Below, one piece after another: positions 18,579 through 27,898 of a stretch of 64,000 nt of DNA (positions are counted from its first letter, which is position 1; every line of letters starts with the position of its first letter). A program made the position numbers and the translations under genes. The notes under the pieces are model-generated. The model had not been told where the DNA came from. It was given only the letters and a program-made list of their open reading frames with translations, and made no database searches. The stretch is taken from contig JBMOMO010000146.1 of NCBI GenBank assembly GCA_049324135.1, positions 28,322 through 92,321 of the forward strand, written 5' to 3'. Source of the stretch: Chloroflexota bacterium (lineage in GTDB: Bacteria > Chloroflexota > Anaerolineae > Anaerolineales > Villigracilaceae).

Positions 18579-19249
18579 AAATCAGCCCAGGAGATGATAG
18601 CAGCCGGGTAATAAGCGAGTTGCGTCCCTGTAAATTCACCTGCTATCGCATCACCGCTGGCTTGCTGCCACCAGGTTTCTGTTTGGCGGTCGTACATGAT
18701 TAAGTTACTAAAACGCAACCTCCCGGTTGTTCCGAAGTCGAGCGTTTGTCCGCGAACTGTGCGTTCGAAAGCAATGGCTGTATTACACAGGGGGCAAAAA
18801 GAAATGGCCAATGGCTTGCCATTCACGTTGTCATTGACTATTTCATGCCACATCAAGATCTGGATTGGGTAAGCGCGCGCTTCTCCTGCCACTTCAAGAA
18901 AAACAACCGGCTCTCGGTCTTCGAGCCATTCATCAGCATCATGAATGGATTGAAATTTGGGGTTATCAATTGCAGGAATTCCATCTTTGGGTGGTCCTCC
19001 TGATAGGATTTCAGCATATGGTACGCTGTGTTTACTGAAATCAGTGGAAAACTCGTTTTCAGCGCCCCCGGGAGGCGATTCGACTGGAAGTAACGTAGGC
19101 GGCTCGGTCGTTGCTGCTTCTGGTGTGAGGGTCAAACTGCCATTCTTTGTTTTTGTAACAGGATCTTTCCCGGATGGGGCTGCGCAGGCTGCAAGAAGCG
19201 GCACAAATACCAGTAATGAGAGTATCCAACTGCGATATCTGAAAAACAT
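18579..19249 (-). pseudogene. DUF3179 lipoprotein gene, N-terminal fragment (split by the IS30 insertion)
   Basis: ATG at 19249 with an AAGGAG RBS. Lipobox LLAAC. Contains ...GGPPKDGIPAIDNPKF...AISFCPLCNT...IMYDRQTETWWQQ...ISWADF, then reads through into the IS. Confidence 0.8.
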
Positions 19250-19400
19250 GTCTACTCCTTTTTCTTTATCTTGGCATGCACTAAATGATTTTGTTGTTTG
19301 ATGGCAATCCAATAGCAGGTCTTACCAGGTCATAATTCAATATATTAGGTAAGATTTATCCAGGTTTCAGTTTCTAACTGTCACAAAGGAGATCGTTGCC

Positions 19401-19907
19401 ATGTTTGATTTACTTGATTTTCGGAATGAAAAAGACAGATTTTTTGCCAGTCATGTCCAAAGCCCGCTGACAATGAAGCAGAAGAGAAATTTCAAGGGGT
19501 TGGTTTATTTTCCAGAATCCCCAGATCTTCGCCTTGAAGCGTTGGTGGAGCGGGGCAGTGAACAAGTTGAAGTTCGTATTCCCACCTCTACGGGAGCCGT
19601 GCAAGTATACAAGCGTTATGGAAAATTTTGTTTTCAGGTGGATGGACAGGAGGCAGAACTGACGATCTTTGCCTCGTTACAAGGCTATTTTTTGCCATTT
19701 GTTGACAGCCTGGCAAGCAGGGAAACCTATCCTGCCGGTCGTTACCTGGAACCTCAGCCACTTGGCAAAGATCGTTTTTTGATCGATTTCAACCTGGCTT
19801 ACAATCCATATTGCGCTTATAACGATCAATGGTCCTGTCCACTTACCCCTCCAGAAAATCGGATCAATGTGCCAGTTCGGGCAGGCGAAAAGATATTTTC
19901 GCATTGA
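19401..19907 (+). CDS. DUF1684 domain protein
   Basis: 168 aa with ...YFPESPDLRL...YPAGRYLE...DFNLAYNPYCAYNDQWSCPLTPPENRI... RBS AAAGGAGA upstream. Confidence 0.75.
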   Translation: MFDLLDFRNEKDRFFASHVQSPLTMKQKRNFKGLVYFPESPDLRLEALVERGSEQVEVRIPTSTGAVQVYKRYGKFCFQVDGQEAELTIFASLQGYFLPFVDSLASRETYPAGRYLEPQPLGKDRFLIDFNLAYNPYCAYNDQWSCPLTPPENRINVPVRAGEKIFSH

Positions 19908-19972
19908 ACCAATTTGGATGTATAGGATAGTGTGCATCTGTCAGTATCTCAATAATTTATTTCGGTTTGATG

Positions 19973-20722
19973 TCATACCAACCCATCACTCAATTCGCTG
20001 GCTGCGTCTGAATCTGCCATCCAGACCGATTTCCCCTTTCGTGGACTTATCGCATGGGATGGGAAGCGGTTCACGTCAGCAGGAAATTCTAAGGCCGCTT
20101 TCAAAGCGCTTGCTTTGGAGTTGCCGCTTACAATGAAGATGGCTTCACGGGTGTAATTCAATGCCAGGGGTGTCATCGTGATACGGGTGGATGGCGTACC
20201 CTGGTAATTTGCCTGTACTGGAATGACCGGCTCCTTCCACAGCGCGGATTGGCCGGGAAAAAGCGATGCGATATGTCCATCGTTGCCCAGGCCAAACAAG
20301 ACAAGATCAAATAATGCGTACTTTTGACCTGCCAGCGCATATTTGAGTAGCAAAACATTGTAAGCAATGGCAGATTCTTCTGGCGGGCAATTTGTGGGAA
20401 TTGGGTTTAAATTTTCATGAAGAACATCCAGGCGATCAATAAATGTCCGCTTTGCCTGTCCAAAATTGCTCTGTGGATCGTTGTACGATACATAGCGCTC
20501 ATCGCCCCAAAAGAAGTGTACATGATCCCAGGGGATAGACTGCCTAAGCGGTTCCTGTGCAAGTATGCGGTAGGATTCCAAAGGCGTGTTGCCTCCGCTC
20601 AATACGACCAGGAACCGCCCTCTTTTCTGGATGGCTAGAATAGCCTGACGCGCTAAATGTTCTGCCATGACTTGGGACAACTGAGTGCTATTTTGACAAA
20701 CCAGTAATTGGGATCTTTTCAT
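19973..20722 (-). CDS. pgl: 6-phosphogluconolactonase
   Basis: 249 aa from the ATG at 20722. Motifs VVLSGGNTP, FFWGDERYV and LGLGNDGHIASLFP. An alternative start exists at 20785. Confidence 0.85.
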   Translation of the reverse strand: MKRSQLLVCQNSTQLSQVMAEHLARQAILAIQKRGRFLVVLSGGNTPLESYRILAQEPLRQSIPWDHVHFFWGDERYVSYNDPQSNFGQAKRTFIDRLDVLHENLNPIPTNCPPEESAIAYNVLLLKYALAGQKYALFDLVLFGLGNDGHIASLFPGQSALWKEPVIPVQANYQGTPSTRITMTPLALNYTREAIFIVSGNSKASALKAALEFPADVNRFPSHAISPRKGKSVWMADSDAASELSDGLV

Positions 20723-20917
20723 TTGCCGTATTAGGGTTTGCCCGACCAGATTTCTAGGCAAGGTTTCAAACTTAGATCGCTTCATATTTGCCTCCGAGGT
20801 TGGGATGATACGTCCAATGATATGACAGGCATCGTAGCGGGCATCTTACCGGATCTGCGGCAATTTTGTAAGAACTTTGCATGGGTCGCTATCCTATTTG
20901 CTAATGGAGATTTTTTT

Positions 20918-21637
20918 ATGATGACTGATAAAATAACCTCTGTTCCATCTGCAAAAAAGGGGGGTGTGTATAATCACGGGCAAAAATTGGCGGCATTGTT
21001 CTTTTGGGTAGTGATTGTTGGTGTTTATCAGTGGTATGCCAGCGCCAACAACCTTTCACCGCTTGAAGTTGTCCAGCGCCTGCTGGATTTTATGACGACC
21101 GGATTTTGGGGGCCGCTGGTTTATATTGGTCTCTACATCGTCCGCCCCCTGATTTTGTTTCCGTCTACGGTTCTGACCCTGGCTGGAGGGTTCGTCTTCG
21201 GCCCGCTGCTGGGCGTTTTGTACACCATTTTGGCGAGCAACGCCTCCTCGACGGTGGCTTACTTCGTCGGGCGTTATTTTGGCGAGGGGCTGTTTAAAGA
21301 TGACGGCTCAGACGGCCTGATTCAGCGTTATGCCCGCCGGATGCGTGAGAACAGTTTCGAGACGGTCATGGTCATGCGTTTCATCTTTTTGCCCTACGAT
21401 GCGGTTTCGTATCTGGCTGGCTTCCTGAAAATCCGCTACTGGCCGTTTATCCTGGCGACGGCGCTGGGCTCGATTCCCGGCACAATTGCCTTTGTCGGTT
21501 TTGGCGCTTCGATTGAGACCTTTGACGGGGCCATTCCGCAGTTGAACCCGGTTACGCTTGGTTTTTCGATTGCGATTTTCATTGTCAGCCTTGTGCTTTC
21601 GAGAATTTTCAAGAAACGTGAAGTAGCGCAACATTAA
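20918..21637 (+). CDS. TVP38/TMEM64-family (VTT domain) membrane protein
   Basis: 239 aa from the ATG at 20918, with GGAGA upstream. Motifs ...RPLILFPSTVLTLAGGFVFGP...MRFIFLPYDAVSYLAGF... Confidence 0.8.
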   Translation: MMTDKITSVPSAKKGGVYNHGQKLAALFFWVVIVGVYQWYASANNLSPLEVVQRLLDFMTTGFWGPLVYIGLYIVRPLILFPSTVLTLAGGFVFGPLLGVLYTILASNASSTVAYFVGRYFGEGLFKDDGSDGLIQRYARRMRENSFETVMVMRFIFLPYDAVSYLAGFLKIRYWPFILATALGSIPGTIAFVGFGASIETFDGAIPQLNPVTLGFSIAIFIVSLVLSRIFKKREVAQH

Positions 21638-21645
21638 TGTCGCGC
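21623..21645 (+). repeat. REP-like hairpin (GTAG head plus 20-nt palindrome with one mismatch)
   Basis: GTAG-CGCAACATT|AATGTCGCGC overlaps the TAA stop of the TVP38 gene, 15 nt before the next ATG. Confidence 0.6.
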
Positions 21646-21659
21646 CACAGGAAACCAAT

Positions 21660-23084
21660 ATGACTCAAACCCACTTTCACACCATTATTATCGGCGCTGG
21701 CTCGGGCGGCATGACGGTTGCCGTCGGGCTGGCCGGGCTGGGCAGGCAGGTTGCCTTTATCGAGGGTAACCACGTCGGCGGGGACTGCACCAATGTCGGC
21801 TGTGTGCCGTCCAAAACGCTGATTCACCTGGCGCGCGAGTTCAGGCCCGGCGATAACCCCGACGAAGTCTTGCGCGAGGTCATTCGCAAACGCGACGCCC
21901 TGCGCGAAAAAGAAACTCACGAAGTGCGCGAGATGAAAAACGTAACCTTCATTGAAGGCTGGGCAAAGTTCACTGCGCCCAAAGGAATTGAAGTGGCGCT
22001 TAAAGATGGCGGTTCGCGCAAACTGACTGCTGAAAATATCGTTATCGCCACCGGCGCGCGCCCGCGCTTGCTGGAGATTCCAGGCCTGCCCGCCGAACGG
22101 ATGCTGACCAACGAGAGCCTGTTCGACCTGCGCGACGCGCCGAAGCACCTGGTGATTGCCGGGGCAGGGATTATCGCCCTTGAGATGGCTTTCGCGTTTC
22201 GCAAGCTGGGCATCAAGGTGACGCTTTTTGCGCTGGATGACCGTCCGCTGGCGACTCACATCCCCGAAGCCTCCGAAGCCCTGCGACCGGAAATCGAGCG
22301 GGCGGGCATAGCCGCCTATTACGGCGCGACCGCCACAGCCTTCGACGAAGCCTCCAGAACCTTGAGTCTGAACCAGGGCGGGACGGAAGTCCGGGTGGGG
22401 GAGGTGGACAAGGTGCTCATCGCCATCGGCCGGGTGCGGAATCTCGAACGCCTGGAACTGGAGAAGGCCGGTATCGCGGTGGACAAGCGTCGGGGCGTTT
22501 TGGTCAACGCGGTTGGCGAGACCAATGTTCGGGGCGTGTACGCGATCGGGGATGTGACTCCCACCTCCGCTTTTACCCATTCCGCCAATGCCCAGGGACG
22601 GCGCGTGGTGCAGCGGATTGCCTTCCCGCTGCTGCCGGTTGCCAAAAACGAGCCGCTTTTCCCGAACGCGACTTTTTCGGACCCGGAAGTGGCCGCCGTT
22701 GGCCTGACGGCGCAGCAACTGAAAGAGCATTGCCACCCCGGCGTGATGAAGCGCATCCGGGTCGATTTCAAGACCCACACCGACCGCGGCTATACCGATG
22801 GAATCGAAAATGGTTTCATCATTGTGGACGCGGTGCGCCTGACCGGCCAGATTTTGAGCGTGACCATCGTCGGCCCGCGCGCTTCGGAGATGATTTCGTT
22901 CTTTACGCTGGCTATGAGCCAGAAAATTTCACTCTACAAGATTTACCGGCTGGTATTTCCGTATCCGACTTATTCGAGTGGGATTTTGAAAGTAGCCGAC
23001 TTTTTTATGCGCGAAACGCTGACCAACCTGAAGGGCGAGTTGGCGGCGTATCTGAAGTATCGTTTTGCGAAACCCACCCCGTAG
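21660..23084 (+). CDS. FAD-dependent pyridine nucleotide-disulfide oxidoreductase (dihydrolipoamide dehydrogenase/mercuric-reductase-like)
   Basis: 474 aa. FAD fold IIIGAGSGG, redox-active disulfide GGDCTNVGCVPSK, second Rossmann fold VIAGAGIIALE, and a C-terminal dimerisation domain. Confidence 0.85.
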   Translation: MTQTHFHTIIIGAGSGGMTVAVGLAGLGRQVAFIEGNHVGGDCTNVGCVPSKTLIHLAREFRPGDNPDEVLREVIRKRDALREKETHEVREMKNVTFIEGWAKFTAPKGIEVALKDGGSRKLTAENIVIATGARPRLLEIPGLPAERMLTNESLFDLRDAPKHLVIAGAGIIALEMAFAFRKLGIKVTLFALDDRPLATHIPEASEALRPEIERAGIAAYYGATATAFDEASRTLSLNQGGTEVRVGEVDKVLIAIGRVRNLERLELEKAGIAVDKRRGVLVNAVGETNVRGVYAIGDVTPTSAFTHSANAQGRRVVQRIAFPLLPVAKNEPLFPNATFSDPEVAAVGLTAQQLKEHCHPGVMKRIRVDFKTHTDRGYTDGIENGFIIVDAVRLTGQILSVTIVGPRASEMISFFTLAMSQKISLYKIYRLVFPYPTYSSGILKVADFFMRETLTNLKGELAAYLKYRFAKPTP

Positions 23085-23085
23085 C

Positions 23086-23166
23086 GCGACATTTATGTCG
23101 CAGTACACAAGTGCGAGATAAATCTTGCAGTACACAAGTGCGACATGAATGTCGCGGTACAAAATT
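23086..23166 (+). repeat. Three tandem 27-nt REP-like units (16-nt hairpin plus AGTACACAAGT linker)
   Basis: GCGACATTTATGTCGC at 23086, GCGAGATAAATCTTGC at 23113 and GCGACATGAATGTCGC at 23140. The GTAG head at 23081..23084 supplies the TAG stop of the upstream gene. Confidence 0.85.
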
Positions 23167-23178
23167 TCAGGAGATTCT

Positions 23179-24432
23179 ATGAAACCAATCACTTTCCTTC
23201 TCATCATTTTTGCGCTTGTGCTTTCGGCCTGCGCGCCCGCTGCCTCCCAGCCCGCAACATCTGGCGAATTCGACCTCAACGACTGGGACAGCGTTCTCGC
23301 CGCCGCGCGCGGGCAGACGGTCAATTGGTATATGTGGGGCGGCTCGGACAGCATCAACGCCTATGTCGACAAGTTCTACGGCGAGACGCTCAAGGAACGT
23401 TACGGCATCACCCTCAATCGTGTGCCGGTGGCCGACGCCGCCGACTACGTCAACCAGGTGTTGAGCGAGAAAGAAGCCGGGGTGACGGAGGGCGCGGTGG
23501 ATGTGATGTGGATTAACGGTGAGAACTTCTTCACGCTCAAACAGGCTGATATGTTGTACAAGGATTGGGCGCAGAAACTGCCCAACGCCGCGCTGGTCAA
23601 CTGGGACAACCCGGCCATCAACCTCGACTTTGGCACGCCGGTGGACAAGATGGAAAGCCCCTGGTCTTCGGCCCAGTTCCAGTTTGTCTATGACTCGGCC
23701 CGCCTGAATGCCGACGACCTGCCGCGCTCGTATGCCGAACTCAAGGATTGGGCTTGCGCCAACCCCGGACGTTTCACCTATGTTGCGCCGGGGCCGGGTG
23801 GCTTTATCGGCACACGCTTTGTCAAGGGCGCGCTTTATGAATTGAGCGGCGGCGAAGCGCAGTGGAAAACCTTCGACCAGGCCGCCTGGGACCAGTATTC
23901 CCCCGCACTATGGGCCTATCTCAATGAACTGGAACCCTGCCTGTGGCGCGCTGGCGAAGCCTATCCCGCCAATGAACCCGAAATGGTGACGCTCTTTGCC
24001 AATGGCGAAATCGATTTCAGTTTCACGCAGGACATCAGCGGCGCGGGGCGCTGGATTCAGGATGGCCTGATGCCCGCCACGGCCCGCACCTTTGTCTTTG
24101 ACCAGTACATGATTGGCGACTTCAACTATGTTGCCATCGCCGCCAACTCGCCGCACAAGGCCGCCGCGTTGGTGATGGCGAACCTGCTGCTTGAACCGGA
24201 GTTCCAGGCCGCCCAGATTTTGCCCGAAAACGGATTCGGCCTGGGCTACGCCATCGATGTGACCCGCGTCACCGACCCCGAAGCCAAAGCCCAACTGGAA
24301 GCGGCCGCCGCCAAATTGGGTGAATCTGCCACCCCTGCCTCCGACCTGGCCCGCTCCCTGGCCGGCGACACCGCTCCACAGTATCAGGGTTTGGTTGAAC
24401 AGGGCTGGCTGGAGTTCGTGGTACAGAAATAA
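23179..24432 (+). CDS. ABC transporter substrate-binding lipoprotein (family-1 SBP, PotD/ThiB/YnjB-like)
   Basis: ATG at 23179 after AGGAG. Signal peptide with lipobox (LVLSAC). 417 aa. The substrate cannot be assigned by eye. Confidence 0.8.
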   Translation: MKPITFLLIIFALVLSACAPAASQPATSGEFDLNDWDSVLAAARGQTVNWYMWGGSDSINAYVDKFYGETLKERYGITLNRVPVADAADYVNQVLSEKEAGVTEGAVDVMWINGENFFTLKQADMLYKDWAQKLPNAALVNWDNPAINLDFGTPVDKMESPWSSAQFQFVYDSARLNADDLPRSYAELKDWACANPGRFTYVAPGPGGFIGTRFVKGALYELSGGEAQWKTFDQAAWDQYSPALWAYLNELEPCLWRAGEAYPANEPEMVTLFANGEIDFSFTQDISGAGRWIQDGLMPATARTFVFDQYMIGDFNYVAIAANSPHKAAALVMANLLLEPEFQAAQILPENGFGLGYAIDVTRVTDPEAKAQLEAAAAKLGESATPASDLARSLAGDTAPQYQGLVEQGWLEFVVQK

Positions 24433-24446
24433 TTTGGTGATTGGTT

Positions 24447-24489
24447 GATTTAGTGATTGGGCGATTTTCAATCACCCAATCACTAAATC
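24447..24489 (+). other. Intercistronic stem-loop between the SBP and permease genes
   Basis: GATTTAGTGATTGGGCGATT-ttc-AATCACCCAATCACTAAATC forms a 20-bp stem with one mismatch. It is embedded in 8-nt periodic GATT/AATC repeats at 24434..24501. Confidence 0.6.
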
Positions 24490-24508
24490 GCCAAATCAAA
24501 AATAACTC

Positions 24509-25375
24509 ATGCGCGACCGCCTCATCTTTTCCCCCTGGCTGGCCCTCGCCCCGGCGCTGACCATCATCGTCCTGTTGCTGGGGGCGAGTCTTGCCTATGG
24601 CATCGCCCAAAGCCTGGGGGCGATTTCCGTCATCGGGCAGGAGACTCTCAGCCTGCGCGCCTACGCCGACCTGTTCAGCAGGCAGGGCATCGCCGGGCGT
24701 GAGTTTTGGGGTTCGCTCGGCTTTTCGTTATGGGTCAGCCTGGCTTCGACGCTGATTTCGGCTTTCCTGGCGCTATTGGTCGCGTTTTGGGCCTCCAACA
24801 GCCGTCTCGACACCCTGTCCCTGAACAGCAATTTGGCTTTCCCGCACATGATTTGGGCAATTGGATTGCTGCTTCTGCTCTCCCAAAGCGGACTGCTGGC
24901 GCGTTGGGCGGCCTCGCTGGGCTGGATTTCCCTGCCCGCCGAGTTCCCGGTGCTGGTGCGCGACAAATACGGAATTGGGATTATCCTCAGTTACATCGGC
25001 AAGGAAGTCCCGTTTTTGGCTTTGTTGGTGATTTCCGTCTTGAAAACCCAACCGCAGGGCTACCAACTGGTGGCCGAAAATCTGGGCGCCAGCCGCTGGC
25101 AAAGAATCCGCTATGTGACCCTGCCGCTGGTTGCTCCGGCCCTGCTTTCGGGGTCATTGCTGGCTTTTGCCTACATCTTCAGCGCCTACGAAGTCCCGGC
25201 CCTTTTGGGAGTCAACTATCCGCGTATGCTGCCGGTGCTGGCCCTGCGCTTTTTCAACGACCCCGACCTCTCGGCCCGCGCCGACGGCATGGCGATAAGC
25301 CTGGTGATTACGGTCATCACGCTCTTGGTGGCGTGGGCTAGCATCCGAAGGGGAGAACAACATGCCGGACAATGA
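24509..25375 (+). CDS. ABC transporter permease
   Basis: 288 aa with 6 predicted TM segments. Sits in the SBP-permease-permease-ATPase operon. Confidence 0.9.
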   Translation: MRDRLIFSPWLALAPALTIIVLLLGASLAYGIAQSLGAISVIGQETLSLRAYADLFSRQGIAGREFWGSLGFSLWVSLASTLISAFLALLVAFWASNSRLDTLSLNSNLAFPHMIWAIGLLLLLSQSGLLARWAASLGWISLPAEFPVLVRDKYGIGIILSYIGKEVPFLALLVISVLKTQPQGYQLVAENLGASRWQRIRYVTLPLVAPALLSGSLLAFAYIFSAYEVPALLGVNYPRMLPVLALRFFNDPDLSARADGMAISLVITVITLLVAWASIRRGEQHAGQ

Positions 25376-26240
25376 CAAACGGTACACGGAACACGCGGAA
25401 AACACGGAAAAACACGGAAAACAAAAACGAAAAACCCGTGCAATTCCGTTGCTTTCGTGTTTTCCGTGTACGAACTACTTTTTCCGCATCATCCTCTACC
25501 CCCTCCTCGCCGCGCCCCTTGGCGTATTCATCCTGTATGCCTTCTCACAGGGCTGGTTCTTCCCCGCGCCCTTCCCCGAAACCTGGACAAGCGCCGCTTT
25601 CCAGCGCGTCCTGTCTAACCCGCGCACCCTCTCCAGCCTGCGCGACAGCCTGTTGATTGCCGCCGCCGTCAGCCTGCTTTCGCTGCTCATCGGCTTCCCG
25701 GCGGCGCGCGCCCTCGGCCTGCGTCAGTTTCGCGGGCGGCAGGTGGCCTGGCTCTTGCTCTACCTGCCGACCGTCGTCCCGCCGCTGGCAATTGGCATGG
25801 GGCTGAACATCCTCTTCCTGCAAATCGGCCTGGCCGGAACCATCCCCGGCATTGTGCTGGCGCACCTCGTCCCGACCCTGCCTTACGTCACCTTTACCCT
25901 GGCGGGGGCCTTTGCTCGTTACGACGAAGCCTACGAATTCCAGGCCTGGGTACTCGGCGCGGGTGCCTGGCGCACCCTCTTCACCATCACCCTGCCGATG
26001 ATTGCCCCCAGCCTGGCAGTCGCCGCCCTGTTTGCCTTCCTCATCTCGTGGAGCCAATACCTGCTGACGCTGCTGATTGGTTCCGGGCGGGTCATCACCC
26101 TGCCGGTGCTGCTCTTTTCGGCGGCATCGGGCGGCAACCCCGTCACCATTGCCGCGCTGGCGCTGGTTTTCCTGGCTCCGCCCGCGCTGGTCATCCTTGC
26201 CACCGCTCGCACGCCGCGAGATCTATCCCACAACTTGTAG
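25362..26240 (+). CDS. ABC transporter permease (start uncertain: ATG 25362 or TTG 25449)
   Basis: Six TM segments, from FFRIILYPLLAAPLGVFILYAF onward. The first ~35 codons (DKRYTEHAENTEKHGKQKRKTRA...) are encoded by the CACGGAA repeat element. Confidence 0.8.
   Translation: MPDNDKRYTEHAENTEKHGKQKRKTRAIPLLSCFPCTNYFFRIILYPLLAAPLGVFILYAFSQGWFFPAPFPETWTSAAFQRVLSNPRTLSSLRDSLLIAAAVSLLSLLIGFPAARALGLRQFRGRQVAWLLLYLPTVVPPLAIGMGLNILFLQIGLAGTIPGIVLAHLVPTLPYVTFTLAGAFARYDEAYEFQAWVLGAGAWRTLFTITLPMIAPSLAVAALFAFLISWSQYLLTLLIGSGRVITLPVLLFSAASGGNPVTIAALALVFLAPPALVILATARTPRDLSHNL
25382..25471 (+). repeat. CACGGAA-repeat element, copy A (long imperfect hairpin)
   Basis: Ends GTACACGGAA...TTCCGTGTAC (10-bp inverted repeat). 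The left arm has 4 CACGGAA-type units, including a perfect 10-nt tandem AACACGGAAA x2 at 25401..25420. The right arm has the complementary TTCCGTG-type units. Confidence 0.7.
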
Positions 26241-26293
26241 TACTGCGAAATTTATTTCGCAACCCCCAAAGGCGACATAAATGTCGCAGTACA
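26237..26293 (+). repeat. Two REP-like hairpins 27 nt apart
   Basis: GTAG head (its TAG is the permease stop). GCGAAATTTATTTCGC at 26245 and GCGACATAAATGTCGC at 26272, followed by AGTACA. Confidence 0.75.
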
Positions 26294-26299
26294 ACCGCC

Positions 26300-27360
<1,061 letters not shown>

Positions 27361-27364
<4 letters not shown>

Positions 27365-27898
27365 GAGATTTTTTGCAGGATTTTGAGTAAATCATCCACC
27401 GGGGGCCTGTCGACCGGGTCGTGGCTGGGATAGGCCAGGCGCAGCAGGCCGTTTTTATCCACGATGAAGTCGCCGCCGAGTTGGGAGGTATCATCGCCGT
27501 GCGAGGAGTGCATTTGCTGGCCGCGCAGGTGGCGGGTGGCGTAGAGCCAGAGTGTGCGCGGGCTGAAGGCGCGCAGGCGCGAGCGTTCCAGGCCGTAGGC
27601 GTTGTAAACTGTCCGCTCACGGTCGAGTAAAACGGTGAAGGTGGTACAGGTTTCGCTCATCCATTGCTGAACGGCGGGCAGGGTGCCGAAGGAGATGACA
27701 AAGACGCGCGTGTTCAGCGCGGCGATTTCGTCTTGACGGGCGCACAACTGTGCGACATGCTCGCGGCAGGTTTCAGCCCAGGTGGCGGAGAAAGACCAGC
27801 AGGGCGTGGTTGCCGTTTTGCAGCACTTCGCTGAGCGTGATTTGTTCGCCGGAGGCGGAAGTCAGGGTGAAGGTGGGGGCGGGAGAGTTGGGTTTCAT
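27361..27898 (-). pseudogene. Peroxiredoxin-like (AhpC/TSA-type redoxin) gene interrupted at its active site
   Basis: Frame A reads MKPNSPAPTFTLTSASGEQITLSEVLQNGNHALLVFLRHLG, then TGA at 27775..27773. Homology continues in the +1 frame as ...CREHVAQLCARQDEIAALNTRVFVISFG...GGDFIVDKNG... Seven nt separate the TGA from the Cys codon. Confidence 0.6.

Noticed and set aside
21609-22778. 389-aa minus-strand ORF. Similar long antisense ORFs occur at 10542..11585, 11598..12332, 13091..13732, 14781..15821, 42715..43929 and 44299..45087.
   Set aside because: Each one overlaps a strongly supported gene on the other strand (oxidoreductase, gltX, rtcB, glnS, kinase, M28) and shows Arg/Gly/Pro/Ala-rich composition. 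These are stop-codon-depleted shadow frames, not genes.
23086-23166. Possible CRISPR array
   Set aside because: The period is only 27 nt, with an 11-nt conserved linker instead of unique spacers. There are only three units and no cas genes. It fits a REP-like tandem array instead.
27773-27775. Straightforward selenocysteine read-through of the in-frame TGA in the redoxin gene
   Set aside because: Reading on in the same frame after the TGA gives non-homologous, Arg-rich sequence. A +1 shift is also required. The only downstream hairpins (GCGA..TCGC and GCACA..TGTGC) are short and not SECIS-like. The case is kept as an open finding, not called as a selenoprotein.
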